The position numbers and the translations under genes were made by a program. A stretch of 64,000 bases of DNA. It comes from a bacterium. GTDB lineage: Bacteria; UBA8248. The stretch spans positions 2,304,001-2,368,000 of the forward strand of contig OZ241326.1 of NCBI GenBank assembly GCA_965199855.1. Direction: 5' to 3'. Below the pieces are notes generated by a model that saw only the letters and a list, made by a program, of their open reading frames with translations, had not been told where the DNA came from and did no database searches. Positions 30,419-40,478 of the stretch are shown here, piece by piece (position 1 is the first letter of the stretch; the number at the start of each line of letters is the position of its first letter).

Positions 30419-31203
30419 GCGCGGAGAAGGAAGAAAAGCGGACGGAGAAGCCGCGGACGGCGCGCGTTCTCGTCCGCAGGGGCGGGGCGGCGGGCGGCGC
30501 GGACGAGCGCGTGGACGCCTTCGAGGTCGCGGCCTCCCCGCGCATGACGGTGCTCGACGCGCTGGTCGCCATCCAGACCGGGCAGGACGCCACCCTCTCG
30601 TTCCGCTACTCCTGCCGGGTGGGCATGTGCGGCACCTGCGCCGTCAGCGTCAACGGCCGCCCCGCCTGGGCCTGCCGGACGCGGCTGGACGGCCTGGGCG
30701 GGGAGATCGCGCTGGCGCCCCTGCCGAACTTCCCGGCGCTGCGCGACCTGGCGGTCGATATGTCGCCGTTCTTCGACAAGATGAAAAGGGCGCGCGGCTG
30801 GCTCGAGCCCACCGAGGAGGCGGCGAAGGCGCCCGCGAGGATTTCGCCGGGCGCGCGCGAGCGCAGGCGCATCGAGCCGCACGTCGAGTGCATCACGTGC
30901 GGCGTGTGCTATGCTTCCTGCTCCATCGTGGAGCACGACGGCGGCTACCTGGGGCCCGCGGCGCTCAACCGCGCCTGGACGCTCGTGAACGACAGCCGCG
31001 ACGCCCGGGGCGCGGGGAGGCTCCTGGAGGTCTGCGCGGAGGACGGCGCCTGGCGCTGCCATTCGCAATACAACTGCGCGGAGAGCTGCCCCAAGGGCAT
31101 CAGCCCGACGGCCGCCATCAAGGGGCTGCAGCGCCGCGCCCTGTCGGGGGGCGTCCGGCGATTCGCCGCCTCCATTTTCCGCGGAAGCGCGCCCGGCGGA
31201 TGA
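30415..31203 (+). CDS. SdhB/FrdB-like iron-sulfur subunit
   Basis: SCRVGMCGTC, CITCGVCYASC, CHSQYNCAESCP; GTG start. Confidence 0.88.
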   Translation: MSAEKEEKRTEKPRTARVLVRRGGAAGGADERVDAFEVAASPRMTVLDALVAIQTGQDATLSFRYSCRVGMCGTCAVSVNGRPAWACRTRLDGLGGEIALAPLPNFPALRDLAVDMSPFFDKMKRARGWLEPTEEAAKAPARISPGARERRRIEPHVECITCGVCYASCSIVEHDGGYLGPAALNRAWTLVNDSRDARGAGRLLEVCAEDGAWRCHSQYNCAESCPKGISPTAAIKGLQRRALSGGVRRFAASIFRGSAPGG

Positions 31204-31222
31204 GCGCGCGGAGGACATCGAC

Positions 31223-32173
31223 ATGCCGACCATGGAAGCGCGAGCCATCAGCAGCGAACTGATCAGGGAGGTGGCCTTCGAGCTCAACCGCCGCGCCGCC
31301 ATCGGCATCCCGAAGGACGTGGGCGAGAGCATCGCCGACATGGCGGAGCGCGAGACCGAGAAGCTCTCGAAGTTCGTGCTCCTGGAAATCGTCAGCAACT
31401 ACCAGGTCGCCGTGGAGGAGCAGCGCCCCATGTGCGCCGACACGGGGCTGCCGCGCTTCTACGCCAAGGTGGGAAACGAGGCGGCCGTCGAGGGCGGCTT
31501 CGTGGCGCTCGAGCGCGCGGTTCGCCGGGGAACGGCGGACGCCACCGAGCGCGTCCCCCTGCGCCCGAACCGCGTCCACCCCCTCAGCCGGCATGACTAC
31601 AACAACAACGTGGGCATCCACGCCCCCACGGTGGACTACTCCTGGGAGCCGGACGCCGACTGGCTGGAGCTCACCAGCTTCCACAAGGGCGGCCTCTTCG
31701 GGGGAGACTACCGGATGCTCTTCCCCACCGACGGCATCGAGGGCGTCAAGCGCTTCTTCCTCGACGTGATCAGCGAGTTCTTCAAGCGCGGCCTCTCCTG
31801 CCAGCCGGCCATCGTGGGCGTGGGCATCGGCGGCACGAAGGACACCTGCGTGCGCCTCGCCAAGGAGGCGGCCTGCCTCCGCGTGGTGGGCGACAGGAAC
31901 CCCGACCCCGAAATCGCCGCGCTCGAGGAGGAGCTGAACGAGCTCGGCCGCAGGACGAGCCTGGGCCCCATGGGCTTCAAGGGCGAGGGCGCGGTGATGG
32001 ACACCCACGTCGAGGTGGCCTACACCCACACGGGCGGGATGCCCATCTCGATTCACCACCAGTGCTTCGCGCTGCGGCGCGCCACCGCGCGAATCCACCC
32101 GGACGGCCGGGTGGCGTACCGGGAAAACCCGGAATGGTTCACCGACTACTACCGCCGCGACACCGTGAGCTGA
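31223..32173 (+). CDS. Class I fumarate hydratase / L-tartrate dehydratase alpha-type subunit
   Basis: PMCADTG, LRPN, CQPAIVGVGIGG, LGPMG, C-terminal QC. Confidence 0.85.
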   Translation: MPTMEARAISSELIREVAFELNRRAAIGIPKDVGESIADMAERETEKLSKFVLLEIVSNYQVAVEEQRPMCADTGLPRFYAKVGNEAAVEGGFVALERAVRRGTADATERVPLRPNRVHPLSRHDYNNNVGIHAPTVDYSWEPDADWLELTSFHKGGLFGGDYRMLFPTDGIEGVKRFFLDVISEFFKRGLSCQPAIVGVGIGGTKDTCVRLAKEAACLRVVGDRNPDPEIAALEEELNELGRRTSLGPMGFKGEGAVMDTHVEVAYTHTGGMPISIHHQCFALRRATARIHPDGRVAYRENPEWFTDYYRRDTVS

Positions 32174-32195
32174 GCGGCGCGGGAGGCTTGGGAGG

Positions 32196-32879
32196 ATGAG
32201 CGGCACCTCGGACCTGGAGATGCGGGAGCACCGCCTCGCCGCGCCCGTCTCGCCGGAGGCGCTGGAGAATCTCCGGCTGGGCGACGTCGTCTATTTCGAC
32301 GGAGTGGTGTTCACCGGCAGAATCGGCCTCTACAAGAAGCTGTTCGACGAGAAGGCGCCCCCGCCGGCGGACATCGCCTCGCTCACGAACGTGACCTTCC
32401 ACTGCTCGCCCGCCGTGGGGCGCGATGCAGAGGGCGGCTGGAAGGTGGCCGCCGTCACGGCCACGGCGAGCTTTCGCTTCGAGAAGCACCTCCCCCTCCT
32501 CATGGACGAGCACGGGGTGCGCTGCGTCATCGGCAAGGGCGGCATGGCGCCCAAGGTGTACCAGGAGCACTTCCGGCGGCTGGGCGCCGTGTTCCTGAAC
32601 ACGGTGGGCTACGGCATCGGCGCCCAGTACGGCCGCGGCATCGTCGGCGTGCGGGACGTCCATTGGCTCGAGGAGCTGGGCATCGCGCAGGCGATGTGGG
32701 TGTTCGAGGTGCGGAACTTCGGCCCCTTCCTCGTGGAGTGCGACGCCCGGGGCGAGAGCCTCTACCAGATGGCGCTCGCCGAGACGAACGCGGAGCTCGG
32801 CAAGCTCTACGAGGGGCTGCCCGCCCCGACCCTCAAGCGCCTGGGCGAGGTGCGCAATCCCGAAGACGAGGTTTTCTGA
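32196..32879 (+). CDS. Class I fumarate hydratase beta-type subunit
   Basis: LRLGDVVY, FHCSP, TASFR, IGKGGM, FGPFLV. Confidence 0.85.
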   Translation: MSGTSDLEMREHRLAAPVSPEALENLRLGDVVYFDGVVFTGRIGLYKKLFDEKAPPPADIASLTNVTFHCSPAVGRDAEGGWKVAAVTATASFRFEKHLPLLMDEHGVRCVIGKGGMAPKVYQEHFRRLGAVFLNTVGYGIGAQYGRGIVGVRDVHWLEELGIAQAMWVFEVRNFGPFLVECDARGESLYQMALAETNAELGKLYEGLPAPTLKRLGEVRNPEDEVF

Positions 32880-32928
32880 GCGGGCGGCGAGGAGCGCGGC
32901 GCCCGCCCGCTGACGAGAGGATGAGCCG

Positions 32929-33936
32929 TTGCCGAAGGGAATCGCCTGGGTCACCACGAGCTGGCTGAACGGCCTGGAGGACCCGATGCGCCACTTCCGC
33001 CCCCTCGAAGCCGAGGCGGGCCTCGAGGTGCGGATCGACTCGAACGGCCTGGACAAGACCGAGGAGGAGGTCATCGCCGGCCTCCCCGGCGTGGTCGTCG
33101 CCTTTCCGAGCAACGACCCCTACAACGAGCGCACCCTGGCGGCGGGGACGGACTTGAGGCACGTAGCGAGGACGGGCGTGGGCTTCAACGCCGTGGACCT
33201 CGACGCCGCCGCGCGCCGCGGGGTGATCGTCACCAACGCGCCGGGGCAGAATGCGGACTCCGTCGCGGAGCACGCCCTGGGCCTCATGCTCTGCGCCGCG
33301 CGCCGAATCGCCGAGAGCGACAGGAGGATGCGCGCGGGCGAATGGGCGGCGCTGCGGGTTCCCATCGCGCCGCTTCGGGGCAAAACGCTGGGCGTCATCG
33401 GGCTGGGCAACATCGGCAAGCGCGTGGCGAGGCGCGCCGCGGCCTTCGGGATGAAGATCATCGCCCACGACGTCGCGCGGGACGAGCGATTCGCCGCCGA
33501 GACGGGCGTCTTCTTCAAGGAGCGCGAGGAGGTGGCGCGAAGCGCAGACTTCATCACCTGCCACGTCCCCCTGAACGAGGAGACGCGCGGCATGGTGGAC
33601 GAGGCGTTCCTGCGCGCCATGAAGCCCGGCGCCTACCTCGTCAACACCTCGCGCGGCCCGGTGGTCGATCTGGACGCCCTGGCCCTCGCCCTGGAGCGGG
33701 GACGCATCCGGGGCGCCGCCCTCGACGTCTTCCCGAACGAGCCGGCGGACAGCCGCCACCGCGTATTCTCGCTCGACAGCGTCGTGCTCACCCCGCACGT
33801 AGCGGGCCTCGGCGAGGACGCCTGCGAGCAGTCGCTGGAGTTCGCCGTCGCCGCCGCCCTCGACGTCATCGCCCGAAGGCGTCCGGCCGGCCTCCTGAAC
33901 CCCGAGGCGCTGGAAAAGGCCGGCATCCGGGACTAG
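32929..33936 (+). CDS. D-isomer-specific 2-hydroxyacid dehydrogenase
   Basis: GVGFNAVD, GLGNIG, NTSRG, ALDVF, TPHVAG. Confidence 0.88.
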   Translation: MPKGIAWVTTSWLNGLEDPMRHFRPLEAEAGLEVRIDSNGLDKTEEEVIAGLPGVVVAFPSNDPYNERTLAAGTDLRHVARTGVGFNAVDLDAAARRGVIVTNAPGQNADSVAEHALGLMLCAARRIAESDRRMRAGEWAALRVPIAPLRGKTLGVIGLGNIGKRVARRAAAFGMKIIAHDVARDERFAAETGVFFKEREEVARSADFITCHVPLNEETRGMVDEAFLRAMKPGAYLVNTSRGPVVDLDALALALERGRIRGAALDVFPNEPADSRHRVFSLDSVVLTPHVAGLGEDACEQSLEFAVAAALDVIARRRPAGLLNPEALEKAGIRD

Positions 33937-34017
33937 GGAGAAGGAGAAGCTCTCGTTCCGCTCGCCGGGCCGCCGCGCCCCGCGGGCGTCAAACGCGCCG
34001 CCGTCAGAGATCGATTC

Positions 34018-35406
34018 ATGCGAAAAGCCAGCAAGCCGCGCGCGCTCCTCGCCGCCGCCCTTCTCCTTCTGCTCGCCGCCCCCGCGCCGGCGGCCGGGGC
34101 GCAGAAGGAGGCCGCCCCGCCGCGCGTTCCCTGGAACGTGACCGAGCACCGGATGAAGAACGGGATGCGCGCCCTGCTCCTGCCGGACGCGAGCGCGCCT
34201 CTGGTGGTCTTCATGGTCTGGTACGCGGTCGGCAGCCGAGACGAGCGGCCCGGACTCACCGGCATGGCGCACTTTCTCGAGCACATGATGTTTCGCGGCA
34301 CCCGGAAGCACCCCGGCAAGACGTTCAGCAATCTCATCAAGAAGAACGGCGGCGTGGACAACGCCTTCACGAGCTTCGACTACACCGCCTACTACGAGCG
34401 CATCGCCTCGGACAGGCTCGGGCTCGCCGCCGCCCTCGAAGCCGACCGCATGGTGAACATGACGCTCGACAAGACGGCGTTCGACGCGGAGAAGAACGTG
34501 GTGCACGAGGAGAGGCGCACCCGAACCGACAGGCCGACGGGCAGGTTCTGGGAGCAGCTGCGCGCCGTCGCCTACACGAGCCATCCCTACCGGAACCCCA
34601 TCATCGGCTGGCCGGAGGATCTGGCGGCCATCACCATCCGGGACATGGAGGCGTTCTACAGGCGCTACTACAGCCCCGAGAACGCCACCGCCGTCGTCGT
34701 GGGCGACTTCGAGGTCGGGGAGGCCGCCGCGCTCCTCGAAAAGCATTTCGGCAAGATTCCCAAGTCCCCCGCCTTCAGGAAGCGGCCCGCGCTCTTCGAG
34801 TTCGACCAGAAGTCCGAGCGCAGGGCCTACGTCCGCGCGGAGGCGCAGCTCCCCTTCGTGGCGATCGGCTACCACGCCCCCAACTGGAAGAGCGAGGACG
34901 CCCCCGCCCTCGTCATGCTCGAAGCCGTCCTCGGCGGGGGAGAAACCTCGCGCTTTCACCAGCGGCTGGTTCGGAAGGACGCCATCGCCCTGGGCGCGGG
35001 CGCGGACTACACCTACCTCTCGGTGGACCCGATGCTCTTCTACCTCTACGGGAGGCCCGCCCCCGGCAAGACGGCGGACGAGGTGGAGAAGGCCCTCCTC
35101 GATGAGACGCGGAAGCTCATCGAGAAGGGCGTGGAGGAGGAGGAGCTCCGCCGCGCGCTCAGGAACGTAGAGGCGAACACGGTCTTCTCCATGGATTCGC
35201 ACTACTACCGCGCGATGCTCCTCGGCCGGGCGGCGGTGGCGGGCGACTGGCGGCTGCTGAAGGGCTATCTGCCCGCCCTCCGGAAGGTGCGGCCCGCCGA
35301 CGTGGCGCGCGTCGCCGGGAAATATCTGAACCACGGCAGAAAGACCACCGCCGCCCTCATCCCGCTCAAGAAGAGCGGGCGAAGCGGCGGAGGGCGCAGG
35401 CCATGA
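34018..35406 (+). CDS. M16 family zinc metallopeptidase, secreted
   Basis: Signal peptide, HFLEH (HxxEH), NAFTS, EERR. Confidence 0.9.
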   Translation: MRKASKPRALLAAALLLLLAAPAPAAGAQKEAAPPRVPWNVTEHRMKNGMRALLLPDASAPLVVFMVWYAVGSRDERPGLTGMAHFLEHMMFRGTRKHPGKTFSNLIKKNGGVDNAFTSFDYTAYYERIASDRLGLAAALEADRMVNMTLDKTAFDAEKNVVHEERRTRTDRPTGRFWEQLRAVAYTSHPYRNPIIGWPEDLAAITIRDMEAFYRRYYSPENATAVVVGDFEVGEAAALLEKHFGKIPKSPAFRKRPALFEFDQKSERRAYVRAEAQLPFVAIGYHAPNWKSEDAPALVMLEAVLGGGETSRFHQRLVRKDAIALGAGADYTYLSVDPMLFYLYGRPAPGKTADEVEKALLDETRKLIEKGVEEEELRRALRNVEANTVFSMDSHYYRAMLLGRAAVAGDWRLLKGYLPALRKVRPADVARVAGKYLNHGRKTTAALIPLKKSGRSGGGRRP

Positions 35407-36737
35407 GGACGCGCCGCGTTTTCCGCGCGCTGCTCGCCTGGGCGCTCCTCCTGCCGTCCTCCTTCGCCGGCGCGGCCGTCCTCGCCTACGAGCGCGAGGA
35501 GCTGCCGGGCGGCGCCGTCCTGCTGGTCAAGGAGAACAGGCAGCTGCCGATGGTTCGCGTCGTCGTCTCGATTCCGGCGGGGGCGCGCCGCGAGGCGCCC
35601 GCGCGGGCGGGCCTAGCGAACCTCACCGCCGCCCTGCTCACCCGGGGGACGAAGACGCGAAGCGCGGCGGACGTCGAGAAGACGAACGACGCCCTGGGCG
35701 GCGGCGTGAGCGTCGAGGCCGGGCGCGAGCGCGCGACGGCCTCCCTGCGCGCGCTCACGCGGGACGTGGAGGAGGGCCTCTCCCTGCTGGGCGACGCGCT
35801 CAGAAGCCCCGCTTTTCCGGCCGAGGAGATCGAGAAGACGAAGCGGCGCGTCCTGGGCATGCTTCGCCAGCGGCGCGAGCGGCCCCGCCGCCTCGCGGAC
35901 AGGGCGTTCAGGGAGCGGCTCTACGGCGAGACGCCCGAGGGCCGCATGGTGGAGGGAACGGAGGAGTCGATCGCGAAGCTGCGCAGGGAGGACGTCGTCC
36001 GCTTCCACGAGAAGTGGTACGGCCTCGAGGGGACGGTATTCGTCTTCGTGGGCGACGTCTCCCTCGCGCGGGCGCGCGCCCTCGTTCTCGCCCGTTTCAG
36101 GGGCTGGCGGGCGCGCGGCGGGAAAATCCCCGCGGTGAAGCCGCCCGCCCCTCCGCGCGGGATGGAGGTCGTCAGGATCGACCGCCCCCTCTCCCAGTCC
36201 ACGGTGATTCTGGGCAACCGCGCGCTCAAGAGGACGCACCCCGACTTCTACGCCGCGCGCGTGATGAACTACATCCTGGGCGGGGACGGCACCACCAGCA
36301 GAATCTCGGCGAACCTCCGGGGGGAGAAGGGACTCGTCTATGCCGTCTACAGCTACTTCGCCTCGCGCAGGCGCGCGGGCCACTGGCGGCTCACGCTGAA
36401 GACGAAGAACAGGAGCGCGAACGAGGCCATCCGCGAGTCGCTCGGGGAGGTGAGGCGCCTCCAGGAGGCCGGGGTGAGCGGCGCCGAGCTTCAGGACGCC
36501 AAGGACTTCATCACCGGAAACTTCGCCACGCGCTTCGGCTCCTCGAGCCGCGTTGCGAACTACATTCTCGCGGTGGAGCTCCTCGGCTTCTCCCCCGGCT
36601 ACGCGGACGAATACGTGAAAAAAATCCGCGCCGTGACGAAGGCGCAGGTCGTGGAGGCGGCGCGAAAGCACATCAGGCTGGATGAATCCGCCCTCGTGGT
36701 GGTGGGAAACCTGGGCGAGGCGAACCTGTCCTATTGA
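35403..36737 (+). CDS. M16 family non-catalytic partner subunit
   Basis: Signal peptide, GLANLTA in place of HxxEH, LRGEKGLVY. Confidence 0.85.
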   Translation: MRTRRVFRALLAWALLLPSSFAGAAVLAYEREELPGGAVLLVKENRQLPMVRVVVSIPAGARREAPARAGLANLTAALLTRGTKTRSAADVEKTNDALGGGVSVEAGRERATASLRALTRDVEEGLSLLGDALRSPAFPAEEIEKTKRRVLGMLRQRRERPRRLADRAFRERLYGETPEGRMVEGTEESIAKLRREDVVRFHEKWYGLEGTVFVFVGDVSLARARALVLARFRGWRARGGKIPAVKPPAPPRGMEVVRIDRPLSQSTVILGNRALKRTHPDFYAARVMNYILGGDGTTSRISANLRGEKGLVYAVYSYFASRRRAGHWRLTLKTKNRSANEAIRESLGEVRRLQEAGVSGAELQDAKDFITGNFATRFGSSSRVANYILAVELLGFSPGYADEYVKKIRAVTKAQVVEAARKHIRLDESALVVVGNLGEANLSY

Positions 36738-36809
36738 CGCGCGCGAAAGCCCCCCGCGGGAGCGGCGCGGGGGCCGCCTTTTCGCCGCGCGCCCCGGGGA
36801 GGGAAAGCG

Positions 36810-37205
36810 ATGAGGCGCGAGACGCTCAAGCCCAAGGGGCTCGCCGTCCCTGCCGGGCATTTCTCGCACGGGGTGATCGTCGAGGGCGGCCGGACGCTCT
36901 ACGTGGCGGGCCAGACGCCCCTGGACGAGGCGGGAAGCCTCGTCTGCCCGGACGACCCCGAAGGGCAGGCGCGCCAGTGCTTCCGGAACGTCGAGAAGGT
37001 CGCGGCGGCGGCGGGCGGGCGCATGGAGGACGCGGCGAAGATTCAGGTCTTCGCGACGAGCCTCGCCTACAGGGGCGCCGTCGGCAGGGCGCGGGCCGAA
37101 TTCTTCCCCGACGACCCGCCCGCCAGCACCTTTCTCGTGGTGTCGAGCCTGGCGGAGCCCGGCTTTCTGGTCGAGGTGGAAGCCGTCATCCCCCTGCCCG
37201 GGTGA
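36810..37205 (+). CDS. RidA family protein
   Basis: FSHG, YVAGQ, PASTF, LVEVEA. Confidence 0.85.
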   Translation: MRRETLKPKGLAVPAGHFSHGVIVEGGRTLYVAGQTPLDEAGSLVCPDDPEGQARQCFRNVEKVAAAAGGRMEDAAKIQVFATSLAYRGAVGRARAEFFPDDPPASTFLVVSSLAEPGFLVEVEAVIPLPG

Positions 37206-37210
37206 GGGCG

Positions 37211-37903
37211 ATGAGCGGGAGGCGCGCCCTGCGCTGGGCGCTCGCCGCGGGCTGGCTGGCGGCCATCCACCTCCAGACGGCCTCGGGCGCGCTCGCGCCT
37301 TCCGCTCCCCTTCCTCCGGGGGTGGACAAAATCATCCACCTTTGCCAGTTTGGGCTTCTCGCCTGGCTCCTCTGGCGGCCATGGCGGGAGACGTTCGCCG
37401 ACTGGCCCGCGGGAAAAACCGCGGTCTTCATCTTCCTCCTCACCGCCCTGAACGGCGCGGCGGACGAGCTGCACCAGCTTTTTCTGCCCCATCGCGCCGC
37501 CGAGTGGGGAGACGCGGCGGCGGACGCCGCGGGCGGAGGAGGCGCCCTCCTCTGGCGCCTGCGCCGCGAGAAGGCGCGCCCCGGCGCGGCGGCGCCGCAG
37601 GAGAGCCATCGTGGACGACGCAAGGGAAGCCCTCGCCCGGGACATGAAGGACGCCATGCGCGCGAAGCAGGCGCTCCGGCTCTCCACGATCCGGATGGCG
37701 CGCGCCGAGATTCTGAACAGGGACAAGGAGAGCGGCGAGGAGGCGCCGCCGGAGGAGATTCTCAAGCTGCTCCAAAGTATGATAAAGAAGCGGGAGGAGG
37801 CCGCCGGCCAATACGAGGCGGGCGGACGCGAGGACATGGCCCGCCGGGAGCGCGAGGAGATTCAGATTCTCCGGGGCTATCTCCCCGCGCAGATGGGCGA
37901 TGA
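37211..37903 (+). CDS. VanZ family membrane protein; reading frame runs on into the next gene
   Basis: DKIIH, DELHQLFLPHR, WGDAAAD; first in-frame stop at 37903. Confidence 0.65.
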   Translation: MSGRRALRWALAAGWLAAIHLQTASGALAPSAPLPPGVDKIIHLCQFGLLAWLLWRPWRETFADWPAGKTAVFIFLLTALNGAADELHQLFLPHRAAEWGDAAADAAGGGGALLWRLRREKARPGAAAPQESHRGRRKGSPRPGHEGRHAREAGAPALHDPDGARRDSEQGQGERRGGAAGGDSQAAPKYDKEAGGGRRPIRGGRTRGHGPPGARGDSDSPGLSPRADGR

Positions 37904-38060
37904 GGAAATTCAGGCCGCCGCCCGCGCGGTCATCGAGGAGACGGGAGCCTCCTCGATGAAGGACATGGGGAAGGTGATGGGAATCCTGACCCGCCGACTG
38001 GCCGGGCGCGCCGCGGGCGCCCGCGTCTCCGCGGCCGTCCGCAAGCTCCTGGGCGCGTGA
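37611..38060 (+). CDS. GatB/YqeY domain protein
   Basis: DMKDAMRAK, IKKREEA, YLPAQM, MKDMGKVM; AGGAG RBS. Confidence 0.9.
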   Translation: MDDAREALARDMKDAMRAKQALRLSTIRMARAEILNRDKESGEEAPPEEILKLLQSMIKKREEAAGQYEAGGREDMARREREEIQILRGYLPAQMGDEEIQAAARAVIEETGASSMKDMGKVMGILTRRLAGRAAGARVSAAVRKLLGA

Positions 38061-38076
38061 GGGAGGGCATATCCCG

Positions 38077-38475
38077 ATGAGCAGACGGCCGGCCTATCGC
38101 GTGGAGGACGTCGCCGCGGCCTACCAGTGCGAGCCCGAGCAGGAGGAGATCATCTCGGCGCTCGCCGAGCGCGACTACCGCGTCTTCGAGGTCGAGCAGC
38201 CCGCCGGCGCCTTCGTGCCCTATCACGCGCACAGAGAGGAGGAGGCCGTCATTGTCGTCGAGGGGCGGATGCAGTTCAACGTGGAGGAGGAGCTCGTCCT
38301 CGTCCAAAGCGGCGAGGTCATCACCATCCGCGAGGAGGCGATTCACAGCGCCGCCCAGGTGGGCGAGGAGAAGGCCAGGCTCCTGCTCGCCTTCCCGAAC
38401 GACGCGGGCGACCCGCCGGCCATCGACCTCGACTGGGAGGGCGACGAGGGGGATGACGACGTCGGCTACGCCTGA
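38077..38475 (+). CDS. Cupin domain protein
   Basis: YHAHREEE, VVEG, IHSA. Confidence 0.75.
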   Translation: MSRRPAYRVEDVAAAYQCEPEQEEIISALAERDYRVFEVEQPAGAFVPYHAHREEEAVIVVEGRMQFNVEEELVLVQSGEVITIREEAIHSAAQVGEEKARLLLAFPNDAGDPPAIDLDWEGDEGDDDVGYA

Positions 38476-38920
38476 GCTCCTCTACTTCGCCTACGGAGCG
38501 AACCTGAACGCCGCCCACATGAAAATCCTCTGCCCCCGAAGCGTCCCCGCGGGCCCCGCGCGTCTGGAGAATCACCGCCTCGCCATCGCCCTGCCCGCCG
38601 CGGCGCCCCGAAGCGCCCCCGGCTGGGCGACCGTGACGCCCGAGGCGGGCGCGCGCGTCCCGGGCGCGCTCTTTCGCCTCCATCCCGACGACCTGCCCGT
38701 CCTGGATCGCTTCGAGGATTTCCCCACGCTCTACGGGCGCGAAACCCTGGAGGTCGCGGCGGGAGAGGGCGCGGCGCAAGCCATGCTCTACGTCATGCGG
38801 GGGCGCCTGCGGGCGGCGCGCCCGACGGCGCGATACGTGGAGCTGATCCGGGAGGGATACGAGGATTTCGGCCTGCCCCCCGCCGCGCTGGACGCCGCGC
38901 TGGCGGAGGTTCGCTTCTGA
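38453..38920 (+). CDS. Gamma-glutamylcyclotransferase family protein
   Basis: YFAYGANLN, LDRFE, Y..LIREG. Confidence 0.8.
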   Translation: MTTSATPELLYFAYGANLNAAHMKILCPRSVPAGPARLENHRLAIALPAAAPRSAPGWATVTPEAGARVPGALFRLHPDDLPVLDRFEDFPTLYGRETLEVAAGEGAAQAMLYVMRGRLRAARPTARYVELIREGYEDFGLPPAALDAALAEVRF

Positions 38921-38933
38921 GGAGTGATAGTTC

Positions 38934-39616
38934 ATGGTGGCGAGACGCAAAAAGTACGATCCGGCGGATCCCGAAGCGGTGGCCGCAAGAAATCGCGTTC
39001 ACACGATCATTGATTCCATTGGGTCGGAAGATATTGTGGCGACCATCAAAAAGGCCCCCAGTTTACGCGGCATGTTCATGGGATACGTAGCAGAGGAAAT
39101 GTTCGAGAAATACGTCCTCCGAAACTATGAGTTCATTCAATCGGAGGATATTGAAACGCATGACGATCACGATCGACGCCTCAACAAATCAGATCGAACC
39201 ATTCGCTTCCGGGGCCGGTTCTATTCCGTTCAGTTGAAATCCGTCCAAACGAACAGCATCAAGCGCAACCTGGAAACCGGCCTTTTGCAGGCCGACGTTC
39301 AAAATGATGCGTCAGACGCGAGAACCGTTCATTTGCCAAACGGAAGCAGCCTCATCACCACCTGCTATGTAAAAGGGGAATACGATGTTCTGGCGGTACC
39401 GATGTTCCCGTTCACCGGTTCCTGGAATTACGCCTACAAGCGAAACGTTGACTGCCGAAAAACCAAAAGCAAAAATACGGCCCGGAGGACGCGCAATACC
39501 TTCTGGCGACGACCGAAGCAATCACTTGGCCGCTCACGAATGACTGGCGAATGGACTTGTTCGACCTGCTCGACGATCAGATAGGCTCGCGTAGCCAATC
39601 CGCGAAATTGGAATAG
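38934..39616 (+). pseudogene. Putative Type II restriction endonuclease (PD-(D/E)xK-like), apparent 1-nt frameshift in the A-run at 39471-39475
   Basis: Lower GC; GYVAE...KSD...VQLKS; convergent with a DNA methyltransferase; one extra A gives ...KKYGPEDAQYLLATTEAITWP...KLE* ending 39616 (as written the ORF ends at 39584). Confidence 0.6.
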
Positions 39617-40371
39617 GATATTTTCTTCTGATGGTCTTCGCGCCTGAAGATCAGGAAATAGGAATGGTTCTTTCGCGCGTGGTTCTGCTTTTTCAGGCGT
39701 GAAATCACGGGCGCGTTGCGCCTGACGACGACGAAGAGGTCCTGGCAGTAAAAGCCGTGTCTTTCATACGCCCAGATCAGCTCGACGTGCGTGAGCTTTT
39801 GCAGATTCGCCGAAACCTCATCCTGGCATTTCACGATGAACTTGCCCGAGGCGCGAAGGACGCGCTTCACTTCCGGCAGGACGGACAGGTAGGTCTCCAG
39901 AACCGCGTCGTGATACTTCCGGACCTTTTGGCGGGGTTGCGGCGCGCCGTTCGAGTAGGCGTCCTGAAACGTTTGATGCGTCCCCGACCCGGCGAGAGAT
40001 TCTTTGCTTTTTCTATACAAGCCTTCCATGTAGGGCGGATCGAAAACCACCGCGTCAACGCTGGCGGCGGCGTATGGAAGATCCGTCCAGTCCGTGCCCA
40101 GTTTCAGGTCGCTGGGAAGAAGCCTGTAATCCTTCTTGTCCATGTTCTTCCAGAAAACTCCCCTTCCGTAGGTGATGTCGGCCACGACCGAACCCTTGGG
40201 AACGTGAAGGGCGAGGATGTCCGGGAAAATCCCGGCGTTGTCGCCGAGATGCGAGGAGAAGATCAATTCGGTGGTGGAAACGCCGCCCTGCTTGCGGCGC
40301 GCCCTTGGCGTCTGCGGGTCCGCTTCCATCGGAAACTCTCGCTGGTCATTCACGGCGGGGCCTCTCTCCAA
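39577..40371 (-). CDS. Small amino (N4-C/N6-A) DNA methyltransferase
   Basis: DITYGRG SAM-binding-like motif, FDPPY catalytic motif, lower GC, paired with nuclease. Confidence 0.75.
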   Translation of the reverse strand: MERGPAVNDQREFPMEADPQTPRARRKQGGVSTTELIFSSHLGDNAGIFPDILALHVPKGSVVADITYGRGVFWKNMDKKDYRLLPSDLKLGTDWTDLPYAAASVDAVVFDPPYMEGLYRKSKESLAGSGTHQTFQDAYSNGAPQPRQKVRKYHDAVLETYLSVLPEVKRVLRASGKFIVKCQDEVSANLQKLTHVELIWAYERHGFYCQDLFVVVRRNAPVISRLKKQNHARKNHSYFLIFRREDHQKKISYSNFADWLREPI

Positions 40372-40478
40372 TCAACTTGCCTGAAGCCATTTTTCTCACG
40401 CGGGGCGGAGATTCAACACGCATACCACGAGCGCGAACAAAATACAAAAGAAAAAAGCGCGCCGCCCGCGAGGCGCCC

